The notes beneath the pieces are model-generated. The model saw only the letters and a program-made list of their open reading frames with translations, had not been told where the DNA came from and ran no database searches. This document shows positions 8,455 through 16,606 of a DNA stretch of 55,110 bases, piece by piece; position 1 is the stretch's first letter; each line of letters begins with the position of its first letter. The stretch spans positions 1 to 55,110 of the forward strand of contig WGEZ01000110.1 in the NCBI GenBank assembly GCA_015492515.1, given 5' to 3'. This stretch comes from Nitrospirota bacterium (GTDB lineage Bacteria > Nitrospirota > Thermodesulfovibrionia > Thermodesulfovibrionales > JdFR-85). Made by a program: the position numbers and the translations under genes.

Positions 8455-10824
8455 ATGAAGAGAGACCGTGCCATACTCCCCGTCGTCCTCATCGCCTCGC
8501 TCTGCAGCCTCTCATACGAGTTGAGCCTCGTGAGGGTCTTCTCCGTCTCGCTCTGGTACCACTTCGCCTTCATGGTGATAAGCATCGCCATGCTCGGCAT
8601 CGGAGCGAGCGGGACGTTGCTGGCGATCAGGCCGGGGCTCAGGGAGGACCGATACATTCCCCTGCACTGCCTGATGCTCGGCCTGAGCATCCCCGTCAGC
8701 TACCTGCTGACGAACAGCCTCCCCTTCGATCCCGCGAGACTCGCCTGGGACAGGGTCCAGCTCCTCTACATAAGCCTCTACTACCTACTGCTCTCCCTCC
8801 CCTTCCTCTTCTTCGGCCTCATCGTCTCCACCGCCCTCTCCACCATGGAGGGACGGACGGGTTACATCTACGGCGCGGACCTGACCGGTGCAGCCCTGGG
8901 CTCGCTCCTCACCCTCCTCCTCCTTCACACCGGAGGGCCCGAGAGGGTGGTCTTCATCCTCTCGGCGGTCTCGGCCTTCCCGCTCCTGTTTCACGGGAGG
9001 TGGAGGATGAAGACCGCCTCAGCCGCGCTCATCCTCGCCAACATCCTGATCCTCTCACTGCAGCCCCGGTTCATCACCCCCAGGATATCCCCCTACAAAC
9101 CCCTCCAGGTGGCACTGAGATACCCCGGCGCCGTACTGCTGAAGACCTACTACAGCCCCTATGCCAGGGTGGACATCTTCAGGAGCCCCGCCGTCAGGTA
9201 TGCACCGGGGTTGAGCCTCCGGTACCTCGAAGACCTCCCGGAGCAGACCGGCATCTCCGTCGATGCCGGCGATATCTACGCCGTCACCGACGACAGTGAC
9301 CCCGGCAGACTCGCCTTCCTCAGATACCTCCCCTCCTCCCTCCCCTACGAGCTCTCCAGGAAGGAGGACGTCCTCATACTCGATGCGAAGGGCGGGCTCG
9401 ATGTGCTGAAGGCCCGCTACTACGGTGCGCGCAACATCTACACGGTGGAGTCAAACCCCCTCGTGGTCCGCTCCGTCAGGGACTACTCCCGGAGGCTCAC
9501 CCATCACCTCTATGCCGAAAACACATGGACCGGGCTCGGAAGGAGCTGGCTCGCCTCCGGCGACAGAAGCTTCGACCTGATAGAGATATCCGTGATGGGC
9601 TCGATGCCCTCGGGTTCCTTCGGCTTCTCCGAGGATTACAGGTTCACCGTGGAGGCCTTCAGCAGCTACATCCAGCACCTGAAGCCCGGGGGGATGCTCT
9701 CGATAAACCTCTTCATCATCCCTCCGCCGAGGACGGAGCTCCGGCTGATCGACACGATCAGGGAGGCCCTGAGGGAAGAGGGCGTGGAGGACCCCGGCAG
9801 CCGTGTGGCGGCCGTCAGGAGCTGGGGAAGCATCACCATCGTCGTCAAGAACTCGCCGCTGACCGAGGGGGAGATCGAGCTGATCAGGGCCTTCGCCAGG
9901 GAGAGGAGGTTCGATCTTGTGTACTACCCCGGCATCAGGGAGGACGAAACCAACGTATATATCAAGATGCCCACCGGCGGATACGCCGATGCGTTCAGGA
10001 GGCTGCTGCTGGACCCTGAGACACGGGCACGGTTCGTCAGGGAGTATGTGTTCGACATCTCCCCGGTCCGTGACGAGAACCCCTTCTTCCACTACCACCT
10101 GAAGCTCGGAAGGATCGGAGAGATCTACGCCGTGATGGGTGAGAAGTGGCAGTACTTCCTCGAGGAGGGCTATCTGCTGCCGGTGATATTCCTGCAGGTC
10201 CTCTTCATCGGACTGCTGCTCGTCCTCCTGCCCGCGATGCAGGCGAGGGGAGGGGCCTCGGGCGGGGCCGGGACCCTCCGTAGCCTCTCCTACTTCGCCC
10301 TCCTCGGGGTGGGGTTCATGTTCATCGAGATATCCTTCATCCAGCGGATGATCCTTCCGCTGGAGAACCCTCCCTATGCAGTGGCTGCCGTGGTCTTCTC
10401 CATACTGATCGGCTCAGGCATCGGCAGCGCGCTGTCGCAGCGGTTCGAAAGGCTCAGGAGGCCGCCCATCGTGCTCGCCCTCGGCATCGTGATCCTTGCC
10501 TACAGCCTCACGCTCCGCCCCCTTACCGACGCCGTCCTGGGCCGTCCCATGGGGATGAAGCTCCTCTTCACCTTCTTCGTCCTGCTGCCCCCCGGACTCC
10601 TCATGGGCATACCCTTCCCCCTCGGGCTCTCCCTGCTCACCAGGGACAACCCCCGACTCGTCCCCTGGGCGTGGGCCGTGAACGGCTGCTTCTCCGTCCT
10701 TGCCCCCATACTGGCCGTGATGTTCGCCGTGGCCGCCGGGTTCAGGACGGTCATGATCTCCGGAGCGATGATCTACCTCCTGGCCTTCCTCTCCCTGCCC
10801 AAGAAGACGTATCCGCCCTCTTAA
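8455..10824 (+). CDS. Polytopic membrane protein with a central spermidine synthase-like (class I methyltransferase fold) domain
   Basis: Multiple N- and C-terminal hydrophobic helices flank a soluble block (DVLILDAKGGLDV...VESNPLVV...GGMLSINL). The start is set at the ATG at 8455, after AAGAGGA. Confidence 0.65.
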   Translation: MKRDRAILPVVLIASLCSLSYELSLVRVFSVSLWYHFAFMVISIAMLGIGASGTLLAIRPGLREDRYIPLHCLMLGLSIPVSYLLTNSLPFDPARLAWDRVQLLYISLYYLLLSLPFLFFGLIVSTALSTMEGRTGYIYGADLTGAALGSLLTLLLLHTGGPERVVFILSAVSAFPLLFHGRWRMKTASAALILANILILSLQPRFITPRISPYKPLQVALRYPGAVLLKTYYSPYARVDIFRSPAVRYAPGLSLRYLEDLPEQTGISVDAGDIYAVTDDSDPGRLAFLRYLPSSLPYELSRKEDVLILDAKGGLDVLKARYYGARNIYTVESNPLVVRSVRDYSRRLTHHLYAENTWTGLGRSWLASGDRSFDLIEISVMGSMPSGSFGFSEDYRFTVEAFSSYIQHLKPGGMLSINLFIIPPPRTELRLIDTIREALREEGVEDPGSRVAAVRSWGSITIVVKNSPLTEGEIELIRAFARERRFDLVYYPGIREDETNVYIKMPTGGYADAFRRLLLDPETRARFVREYVFDISPVRDENPFFHYHLKLGRIGEIYAVMGEKWQYFLEEGYLLPVIFLQVLFIGLLLVLLPAMQARGGASGGAGTLRSLSYFALLGVGFMFIEISFIQRMILPLENPPYAVAAVVFSILIGSGIGSALSQRFERLRRPPIVLALGIVILAYSLTLRPLTDAVLGRPMGMKLLFTFFVLLPPGLLMGIPFPLGLSLLTRDNPRLVPWAWAVNGCFSVLAPILAVMFAVAAGFRTVMISGAMIYLLAFLSLPKKTYPPS

Positions 10825-10937
10825 GGCGGTCGCAGGGGCAATCCTTCCGAACTCTATACCGCAGCATCTTCTCCCGCGGGTCATGATCAGAGGACTTGCC
10901 GCCCCCGGAGCAACAAACCCGGACCTCGGTGAAGATG

Positions 10938-10966
10938 TGGCAACGCCGCGTCCGTTCCTTTATAAT
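10938..10966 (+). promoter_or_regulatory. Candidate nhaA promoter: TGGCAA-17-TATAAT
   Basis: A consensus -10 TATAAT at 10961-10966 lies 8 nt before the ATG at 10975. No SD is present. The -35 is weak. Confidence 0.35.
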
Positions 10967-10974
10967 TAACTATC

Positions 10975-12354
10975 ATGAAGCTCTCTATCAGAAGGCTCGT
11001 GCCCGAGAGGAGGGAGGTCACACCCCATCTGATCCTCCCATTTCATCGTTTCTTCAAAAACGAGGCGTCGAGCAGCATCCTCCTCATCCTGGCCGCAGCG
11101 GTGGCCATTGCGTGGGCCAACTCACCGGTCCGGGAGACCTATCACCATTTCTGGGAGACCCCTCTTTCGGTCAGCCTTGGAGAGCTCAGCATCAGATTGA
11201 GCCTCAGGGAATGGATAAACGAGGCGGTAATGTGCGTCTTCTTCTTCGTGGTGGGCCTCGAGATAAAGAGGGAGGTCCTTGTGGGAGAGTTGTCCACAAG
11301 AAAGAAGGCCCTCCTGCCCGTCAGTGCAGCGGTGGGTGGCATGATGGTCCCTGCACTCATCTACTTCTCTCTGAACCTTGGCAGGGAAACCTCCGGAGGC
11401 TGGGGGATACCTATGGCCACAGACATCGCCTTTGCCCTGGGAGTACTCTATATCCTCGGGCAGAGGGTGCCGGCAGGGCTCAAGGTCTTTCTCTCCGCCT
11501 TTGCCATCGCCGACGACATGGGTGCGGTCCTGGTGATAGCCCTCTTCTATACCAGAGGGATAGCCGTGGATTATCTCCTCCTCAGCATACTCATACTCAT
11601 CGTCATCGCGATTGCCAGTTACTTCTGGATCAGGAGCACCCTGTTTTATGCATTGATGGCCCTTCTGCTCTGGTTCGCGGTCCTGGGAGCCGGCATCCAT
11701 TCCACCGTGGCCGGCATACTGGTGGCCCTGTTTATCCCCGCGAGGGGCAGGTACAATACGGACAGATTCCTTGAAGAGGTTGGTTACTATCTGAGTAGAT
11801 TTCAATGCCCCCCTCGGGGATGTGGTGAATCCATCCTCCTGAATCAGGAACACCTGAATTCGGTGCAGTCGATAGAGATGGCCTGCCATCATGTGGAGAC
11901 ACCCCTCCAGAGGCTCGAACACGCCCTCCATCCATGGGTGGCCTTCCTGGTGATACCCCTCTTTGCGCTTGCCAACGGAGGGGTCTCCCTGGAAGGGGTC
12001 GGTCTGACCCGTCTCTTCGACTCAAGGGTGGAGACGGGCATAATACTGGGGCTTCTCCTCGGCAAACCGATCGGTATAACCCTCTCTACGTGGCTTGCCG
12101 TAAAGACAGGCATGTCGGAGCTTCCCTACAGGGTGAGATGGGGCCATATACTCGGGGTTTCGGTGCTGGGCGGGATCGGCTTTACCATGTCTCTCTTCAT
12201 CGCCACCCTTTCTTTCCAGGAACAACGGCTTGTAGAGGAGGCGAAGTTCGGTATCCTTACAGCCTCTCTGCTGTCAGGGATAACGGGCATCTCGATCCTC
12301 TATCTCCTCTCAAGAAGAAACGAAGGACCCGGTCATGATCCAGGGCCGTCCTGA
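10975..12354 (+). CDS. nhaA: Na+/H+ antiporter NhaA
   Basis: FFKNEASSSILLILAAAVAIAWANSP, FFFVVGLEIKRE, IPMATDIAFALG and PLFALANGGV are present. Confidence 0.9.
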   Translation: MKLSIRRLVPERREVTPHLILPFHRFFKNEASSSILLILAAAVAIAWANSPVRETYHHFWETPLSVSLGELSIRLSLREWINEAVMCVFFFVVGLEIKREVLVGELSTRKKALLPVSAAVGGMMVPALIYFSLNLGRETSGGWGIPMATDIAFALGVLYILGQRVPAGLKVFLSAFAIADDMGAVLVIALFYTRGIAVDYLLLSILILIVIAIASYFWIRSTLFYALMALLLWFAVLGAGIHSTVAGILVALFIPARGRYNTDRFLEEVGYYLSRFQCPPRGCGESILLNQEHLNSVQSIEMACHHVETPLQRLEHALHPWVAFLVIPLFALANGGVSLEGVGLTRLFDSRVETGIILGLLLGKPIGITLSTWLAVKTGMSELPYRVRWGHILGVSVLGGIGFTMSLFIATLSFQEQRLVEEAKFGILTASLLSGITGISILYLLSRRNEGPGHDPGPS

Positions 12355-12534
12355 GAGACCTCGTTCGGTGACTCCCGAATCCGGCGACAGGAGTTGTCGA
12401 CGAAGATAACAGCCCTCGTTCCGTCCGTTATTTTGAGCGTTTCAAATCAAAATACAGGAAAATCAAGCACTTAGCTTGTCCCTTTGTGCTAAAATGACCC
12501 TTAACCGGTCCTGTTGCAGGGTGCTCTCTATACA

Positions 12535-13188
12535 CTAATCTCGATTATACTCTCCGGAGGGATCGACGAGGTTCGCTCCCTCTCCGTTCTCTGGCTTTAC
12601 GATGCGTTTGAGCCGATAGCTCAGATCTTTCGAGAAGGCTTCCGGGGAGTCTTTATGCTTCTTCAGAAAGTCCATCCATCTGCCGGGGTCGGCGGAGAAG
12701 ACCATCATGTCGTCCCCTTTCAGCCATATGAACGGCAGAGACGTCTCTTTTGATTCGACCCTCTCTTCAAGCCAGTCATAGTTGAGGGGCGTGAGTATCA
12801 GGACCTCGCCCTTCATATCGAGCCTCAAAAGGGAGTGGACCGGGATCACGTGCATGTACCACCACCTGTTGAGTCTGCTCTCATCGGGCTCACCCGCCGT
12901 GACGTCCATAAAGAGGGTGTCATCGATCTTGAAATACTTTATCCTGAGGATCGAACCGATTCCGTGTTCATCATAGGTCTGGACAACGGTACCGCGGAAC
13001 ACCCAGTGCTTTATTTTCTTACCGGAGACATCTTCACCGGCGTCCCTCAACAACGACCATTCCCCGTCGAGCTGAGGCAGCTCAACCACCGCCTCCTCGG
13101 TGTAAAATGGCTGAAGCGAGATGACTATGCAGCCTCCGAGCAGGATGGAGGCGGCAGCGAGGACGAGTATAAGGGCGATCCTTTTCAA
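12535..13188 (-). CDS. Hypothetical lipoprotein
   Basis: From the TTG at 13188 the product starts MKRIALILVLAAASILLGGC, a signal peptide with a lipobox. The ORF-track start at 13287 (also TTG) would add 33 residues that do not look like a signal peptide. The gene has lower GC than its neighbours. No family was recognised. Confidence 0.55.
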   Translation of the reverse strand: MKRIALILVLAAASILLGGCIVISLQPFYTEEAVVELPQLDGEWSLLRDAGEDVSGKKIKHWVFRGTVVQTYDEHGIGSILRIKYFKIDDTLFMDVTAGEPDESRLNRWWYMHVIPVHSLLRLDMKGEVLILTPLNYDWLEERVESKETSLPFIWLKGDDMMVFSADPGRWMDFLKKHKDSPEAFSKDLSYRLKRIVKPENGEGANLVDPSGEYNRD

Positions 13189-13345
13189 CGGTTCACCGGA
13201 TCTGAGGACTTTTATCCCTGACTCACCTAAGATATCATGAGGGGGAGGGAAAAATCCAACCGGGGTTGGACCGGACGGGCCTCGCAACCCTCGTCTGTAT
13301 TTGTCTCAAGACCGGAGGGGATAAACTCACCACAGAGCATCCATC

Positions 13346-13381
13346 GGGGGCCTCCGGATCTGAGGCCGGAGGAGGCCCCCC
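13346..13381 (-). terminator. Strong GC hairpin just downstream of pcm
   Basis: The minus-strand RNA GGGGGGCCUCCUCCGG-CCUCAGAU-CCGGAGGCCCCC forms 7 + 5 bp with a 3-nt bulge. There is no U-tract, so terminator function is uncertain. Confidence 0.35.
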
Positions 13382-13393
13382 TTGTGAAAGGGC

Positions 13394-14107
13394 TCATCTC
13401 CTCCCCCTCTGCACCTCTCCCACCATCGGGACGAAGGCCACGCTACCCAGCTGCTCCACCTCGAGCTCACCCCCCCTCTTTGTGATGAGGGTGAGGGTCT
13501 GGAAATAGACCGTGCTCCCCAGGGGGAGGATGAGCCTGCCGCCTTCCCTGAGCTGCCTGATCAGCGGCGGAGGGATGTGGTTGGCCGCAGCGGTGACGAT
13601 TATCGCATCGAAGGGTGCATGCTCCTCCCAGCCGAAGTACCCGTCGCCGTGTTTCACCTCTATGTTCCGGTAACCCAGGCGTTTCAGGAGCCTCTCCGCC
13701 CTCTCGGCAAGCCCCTCCCTGATCTCTATCGTGTACACCTCCGAGACGATCTCCGCCAGGACCGCAGCCTGATAACCCGAGCCCGTCCCGATCTCGAGCA
13801 CCCTGTCGGTGGGCTTCAGCCTCAGCGCCTCGGTCATCAGGGCCACCACGTAGGGCTGGGATATGGTCTGTCCCTCGCCTATGGGGAGGGGCTGGTCCTC
13901 GTACGCCCTGTCGACGTACCTCCTGTCGACGAAGAGGTGCCGCTCGACCCTGGACATCGCGGCGAGCACCGCCTCGTCCCTTATGCCCCTGGCCTTTATG
14001 TCATTCCGGACCATCGCCTGACGCCTCAAGGCGTGGACGTCGGAGCCGGTGCCCGACGGGGCCGAGACCAGTGTCAGCAGCGATATCATCAGGAGGAGGC
14101 TCTTCAT
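13394..14107 (-). CDS. pcm: Protein-L-isoaspartate O-methyltransferase with an N-terminal signal peptide
   Basis: [26 protein letters not shown] and GGRLILP are present. The N-terminus [17 protein letters not shown] looks like a signal peptide. Confidence 0.88.
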   Translation of the reverse strand: MKSLLLMISLLTLVSAPSGTGSDVHALRRQAMVRNDIKARGIRDEAVLAAMSRVERHLFVDRRYVDRAYEDQPLPIGEGQTISQPYVVALMTEALRLKPTDRVLEIGTGSGYQAAVLAEIVSEVYTIEIREGLAERAERLLKRLGYRNIEVKHGDGYFGWEEHAPFDAIIVTAAANHIPPPLIRQLREGGRLILPLGSTVYFQTLTLITKRGGELEVEQLGSVAFVPMVGEVQRGRR

Positions 14108-14210
14108 ACCCGGAACCTCTCAGCTCTATTCTAACCCAGGGCTGAGGGGGTGTGCAAACCCCTCCCTGCGGGAGCTGTATATTGCAGAGGGGGATGTTTT
14201 AAAATAGATC

Positions 14211-14912
14211 ATGACCATCGGCTCAAGGGTGCTCTACCCCGAGGAGGTGGGCCTCTGGAACGTGGAGCTCCTCCAGATATCCGTCTACAACGGGATGAAG
14301 GGCTGTCTGGACCTGATGAGGAACTGTGCCAGACAGTGCAGGGAGCTGGGCATACGGTACGTGGTGCACCCCGTGGGGTACTCCCTCCTGGAGAAGAGTA
14401 CGATGAAGGACCTGAGGGTGATGGCCGAATGGACGGACCTCGCCCTGATACTGCATGACGAAAAGGCGCCGGGAGGGGGGAGGCTCAGGGGAGGGTACGA
14501 AAGGAGCTTCAGGACGGCCCTCGACGAGCTCAGCTCCATAACCACCGTCTCCTTCGAGAACGCCGAGGATACGGCGGACGTCCTCTGGTTCTGGCGCAAC
14601 TATGCGGACTCGATCACCCTCGACCTGGGACACGTGGAGACGGCCGGGCTGGACGCCGTCCGGTTCATCGGCTCCCTCGACGACTCAAGCATCGGGAAGA
14701 TAGAGTTCGTGCATATCCACAGGAACAACGGCTGGCACGGCGGCATAAGGGACCACTGGCCCCTCAGCCCGGGTTGCAGGGAGCTGGAGGCGCTCAGAAC
14801 GCTCCTGAGGAGGAAACCCGACCTGAACGTGATCCTCGAGATCAACGAGACGGAGATGACCGGAGAGAGCCTCAAGCTGCTCAGGGAGCTCGAGGAGGAG
14901 CTTCGGGGCTGA
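14211..14912 (+). CDS. Xylose isomerase-like TIM-barrel protein (sugar phosphate isomerase/epimerase family)
   Basis: The metal-ligand pattern reads VVHP...FENAED...LDLGHV...VHIHRNNG...ILEINE. The assignment is by motif spacing only. Confidence 0.5.
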   Translation: MTIGSRVLYPEEVGLWNVELLQISVYNGMKGCLDLMRNCARQCRELGIRYVVHPVGYSLLEKSTMKDLRVMAEWTDLALILHDEKAPGGGRLRGGYERSFRTALDELSSITTVSFENAEDTADVLWFWRNYADSITLDLGHVETAGLDAVRFIGSLDDSSIGKIEFVHIHRNNGWHGGIRDHWPLSPGCRELEALRTLLRRKPDLNVILEINETEMTGESLKLLRELEEELRG

Positions 14913-14946
14913 CCCCGGCGGAGCTATCGAGCGGCACCAGGGCCGC

Positions 14947-15510
14947 TCAGCGCCTGCCTATGGTGAAGGCCTTTCCGAGAAACCTCCCCGTCCCGTAATA
15001 GGTGCGGCTCTCGGGGACGAAGGAGAAGGGTCTCACCTTCTCGATCTCCGGGATGTCCTTCTCACCGATCACGGTCTCCTCTGCCTTGAGGTCCATCACC
15101 TCGCCGATGAACTGTGTATGGAGCCCTATCTCGATGGTATGGGTCACCCTGCACTCCAGAACGAGGGGAAACTCCTTTATGTACGGTGCGTCCACATGCT
15201 CTGCCTTCAACGGCGTGAGCCCCGTCGCCGTGAACTTGTCCACGGTCCTGCCGGAGACAGTGCCGAAGTAATCCGCCTCCTTGATGTTGTCCTCCGAGGG
15301 GATGTTCACCGTGAAGGCCTTCCGTTGCATCACGTTCTCGTACGTATAGGTCGCCTTCCTCAGGGAGACGGCGATGCACGGCGGTCTCGAACAGCATATC
15401 CCGCCCCATGACGCGGTCATCGCATTCGGCCTGCCGTTCCGGTCATAGGTGCCAATGACCAGGACCGGCGTCGGATAGATTATGGTCTTCGGCCCCAGTG
15501 ACTTCTTCAT
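14947..15510 (-). CDS. Flavin reductase-like FMN-binding protein (flavoredoxin family)
   Basis: YPTPVLVIGTYDRNGRPNAMTASWGG and the overall length are typical of the flavin reductase-like domain. Confidence 0.75.
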   Translation of the reverse strand: MKKSLGPKTIIYPTPVLVIGTYDRNGRPNAMTASWGGICCSRPPCIAVSLRKATYTYENVMQRKAFTVNIPSEDNIKEADYFGTVSGRTVDKFTATGLTPLKAEHVDAPYIKEFPLVLECRVTHTIEIGLHTQFIGEVMDLKAEETVIGEKDIPEIEKVRPFSFVPESRTYYGTGRFLGKAFTIGRR

Positions 15511-15578
15511 CCAGACCTCCTTTCCGCAGGGATCAACTCATGGTGTGTACAGGGCTATTATAACACCGGAGGCCGAAC

Positions 15579-15607
15579 TTACAAAACCCGGGCTTTTGTT
15601 ATATACT
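15579..15607 (+). promoter_or_regulatory. sigma70-type promoter: TTACAA-17-TATACT
   Basis: -35 lies at 15579-15584 and -10 at 15602-15607. The ATG at 15613 follows after only 5 nt, with no SD. Confidence 0.5.
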
Positions 15608-15612
15608 GTAAC

Positions 15613-16458
15613 ATGAGGAAGGGACACGCGGAGACCGATGTGGAGGCGGCCGACCTGAGGGAGGAGATAACACTCCTGAGGCAGAGGCTCACCGAGCTCA
15701 CCCCTCCCCTCGAGGCCCTCCTCAGGAGGAGGGGGTTCAGCATCTTCAAGAAGGAGCCCTCGGAAGACCTCATCATCCCTGCAGAGAGGCATCTCGACTC
15801 CTACTACGAGACGATGAAGCGGTACTCCTTCAGGCTCTTCCTGAGGGAGGTGATAAAGCACCAGGAGGGGTTCACCCCCGGGGAGGTGACCACCTACGCC
15901 ACGGAGGAGATCACCGGAGAGTACATCGACTACCTCCTCGAGACAGGGTTGCTGGAGCGGGTCTCCGGCGGGTACAGGCTGAGGAAGAGGCCCGTCAAGA
16001 GCTTCGGCGAGACCCTCGAGTGGTTCGTTGCGGAGGTGTTGAAGAGGGAGTTCAGGATGGAGACCATCTGGGGCATCAAGTTCCGGGGCAGGAGGGTCGG
16101 CGGCGACTATGACCTGATCGCCAAGCTGGACAGCGGACTCCTGTACATCGAGGTGAAGTCCTCACCCCCGAAACAGATATACGACACCGAGATAAGCGCC
16201 TTCTGGTCGAGGGTCCAGGACCTGTGTCCGGAGATGGCGGTCTTCCTGATGGATACCCATCTCAGGATGAAGGACAAGCTCGTGCCGATGTTCGAGGAGG
16301 AGCTGAGCAAGAGGTTCGAGCGCCCTCCCGCTGTGGAGAGGCTGAAGGCGGAACTCTTCACCATCGACGGCAGGGTCTTCATAATCAACTCGAAACCCTC
16401 GATCGAGGGCAACATCGAGACACTCTTGAGCTACCATCTGAGAAGGAGGTGCAGATGA
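15613..16458 (+). CDS. Hypothetical protein: N-terminal coiled segment, wHTH-like region, then a PD-(D/E)xK (Hjc/restriction-endonuclease-like) core
   Basis: VGGDYDLIAKLDSGLLYIEVKSS matches the D...(D/E)xK nuclease signature, as in Hjc (xDLVA...IEVK). The upstream segment YIDYLLETGLLERVSGGYRLRK looks like a winged helix. Confidence 0.6.
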   Translation: MRKGHAETDVEAADLREEITLLRQRLTELTPPLEALLRRRGFSIFKKEPSEDLIIPAERHLDSYYETMKRYSFRLFLREVIKHQEGFTPGEVTTYATEEITGEYIDYLLETGLLERVSGGYRLRKRPVKSFGETLEWFVAEVLKREFRMETIWGIKFRGRRVGGDYDLIAKLDSGLLYIEVKSSPPKQIYDTEISAFWSRVQDLCPEMAVFLMDTHLRMKDKLVPMFEEELSKRFERPPAVERLKAELFTIDGRVFIINSKPSIEGNIETLLSYHLRRRCR

Positions 16459-16604
16459 AGGAGGAGCTCCCCGAGATATGCGCCGTCTGTGCCTGGAGGG
16501 CGACGTGCCAGAAGAAGTTCACCCTCTCCGGAAAGGACGTAAGGTGTCCTGACTTCGTCAGGGACGTTACGATAAGGAAGGAAGAGGAGGAGCCGAAGCA
16601 GTAG
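16455..16604 (+). CDS. 49-aa four-cysteine mini-protein (zinc-ribbon-like)
   Basis: MKEELPEICAVCAWRATCQKKFTLSGKDVRCPDF... has Cys at 9, 12, 18 and 31. Its ATG overlaps the upstream stop (ATGA), and AGGAGG lies at 16444-16449. Confidence 0.6.
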   Translation: MKEELPEICAVCAWRATCQKKFTLSGKDVRCPDFVRDVTIRKEEEEPKQ

Positions 16605-16606
16605 CG

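Noticed and set aside
10896-11774. 292-aa ORF overlapping the 5' half of nhaA in another frame
   Set aside because: The NhaA frame has unmistakable family motifs and TM periodicity, whereas the overlapping frame gives a low-complexity R/G/P/H-rich product.
13197-13365. Repeated 12-mer CCGGATCTGAGG at 13197 and 13354
   Set aside because: Roughly 90 chance 12-mer matches are expected among all position pairs in a 55-kb window. No extended similarity surrounds either copy.
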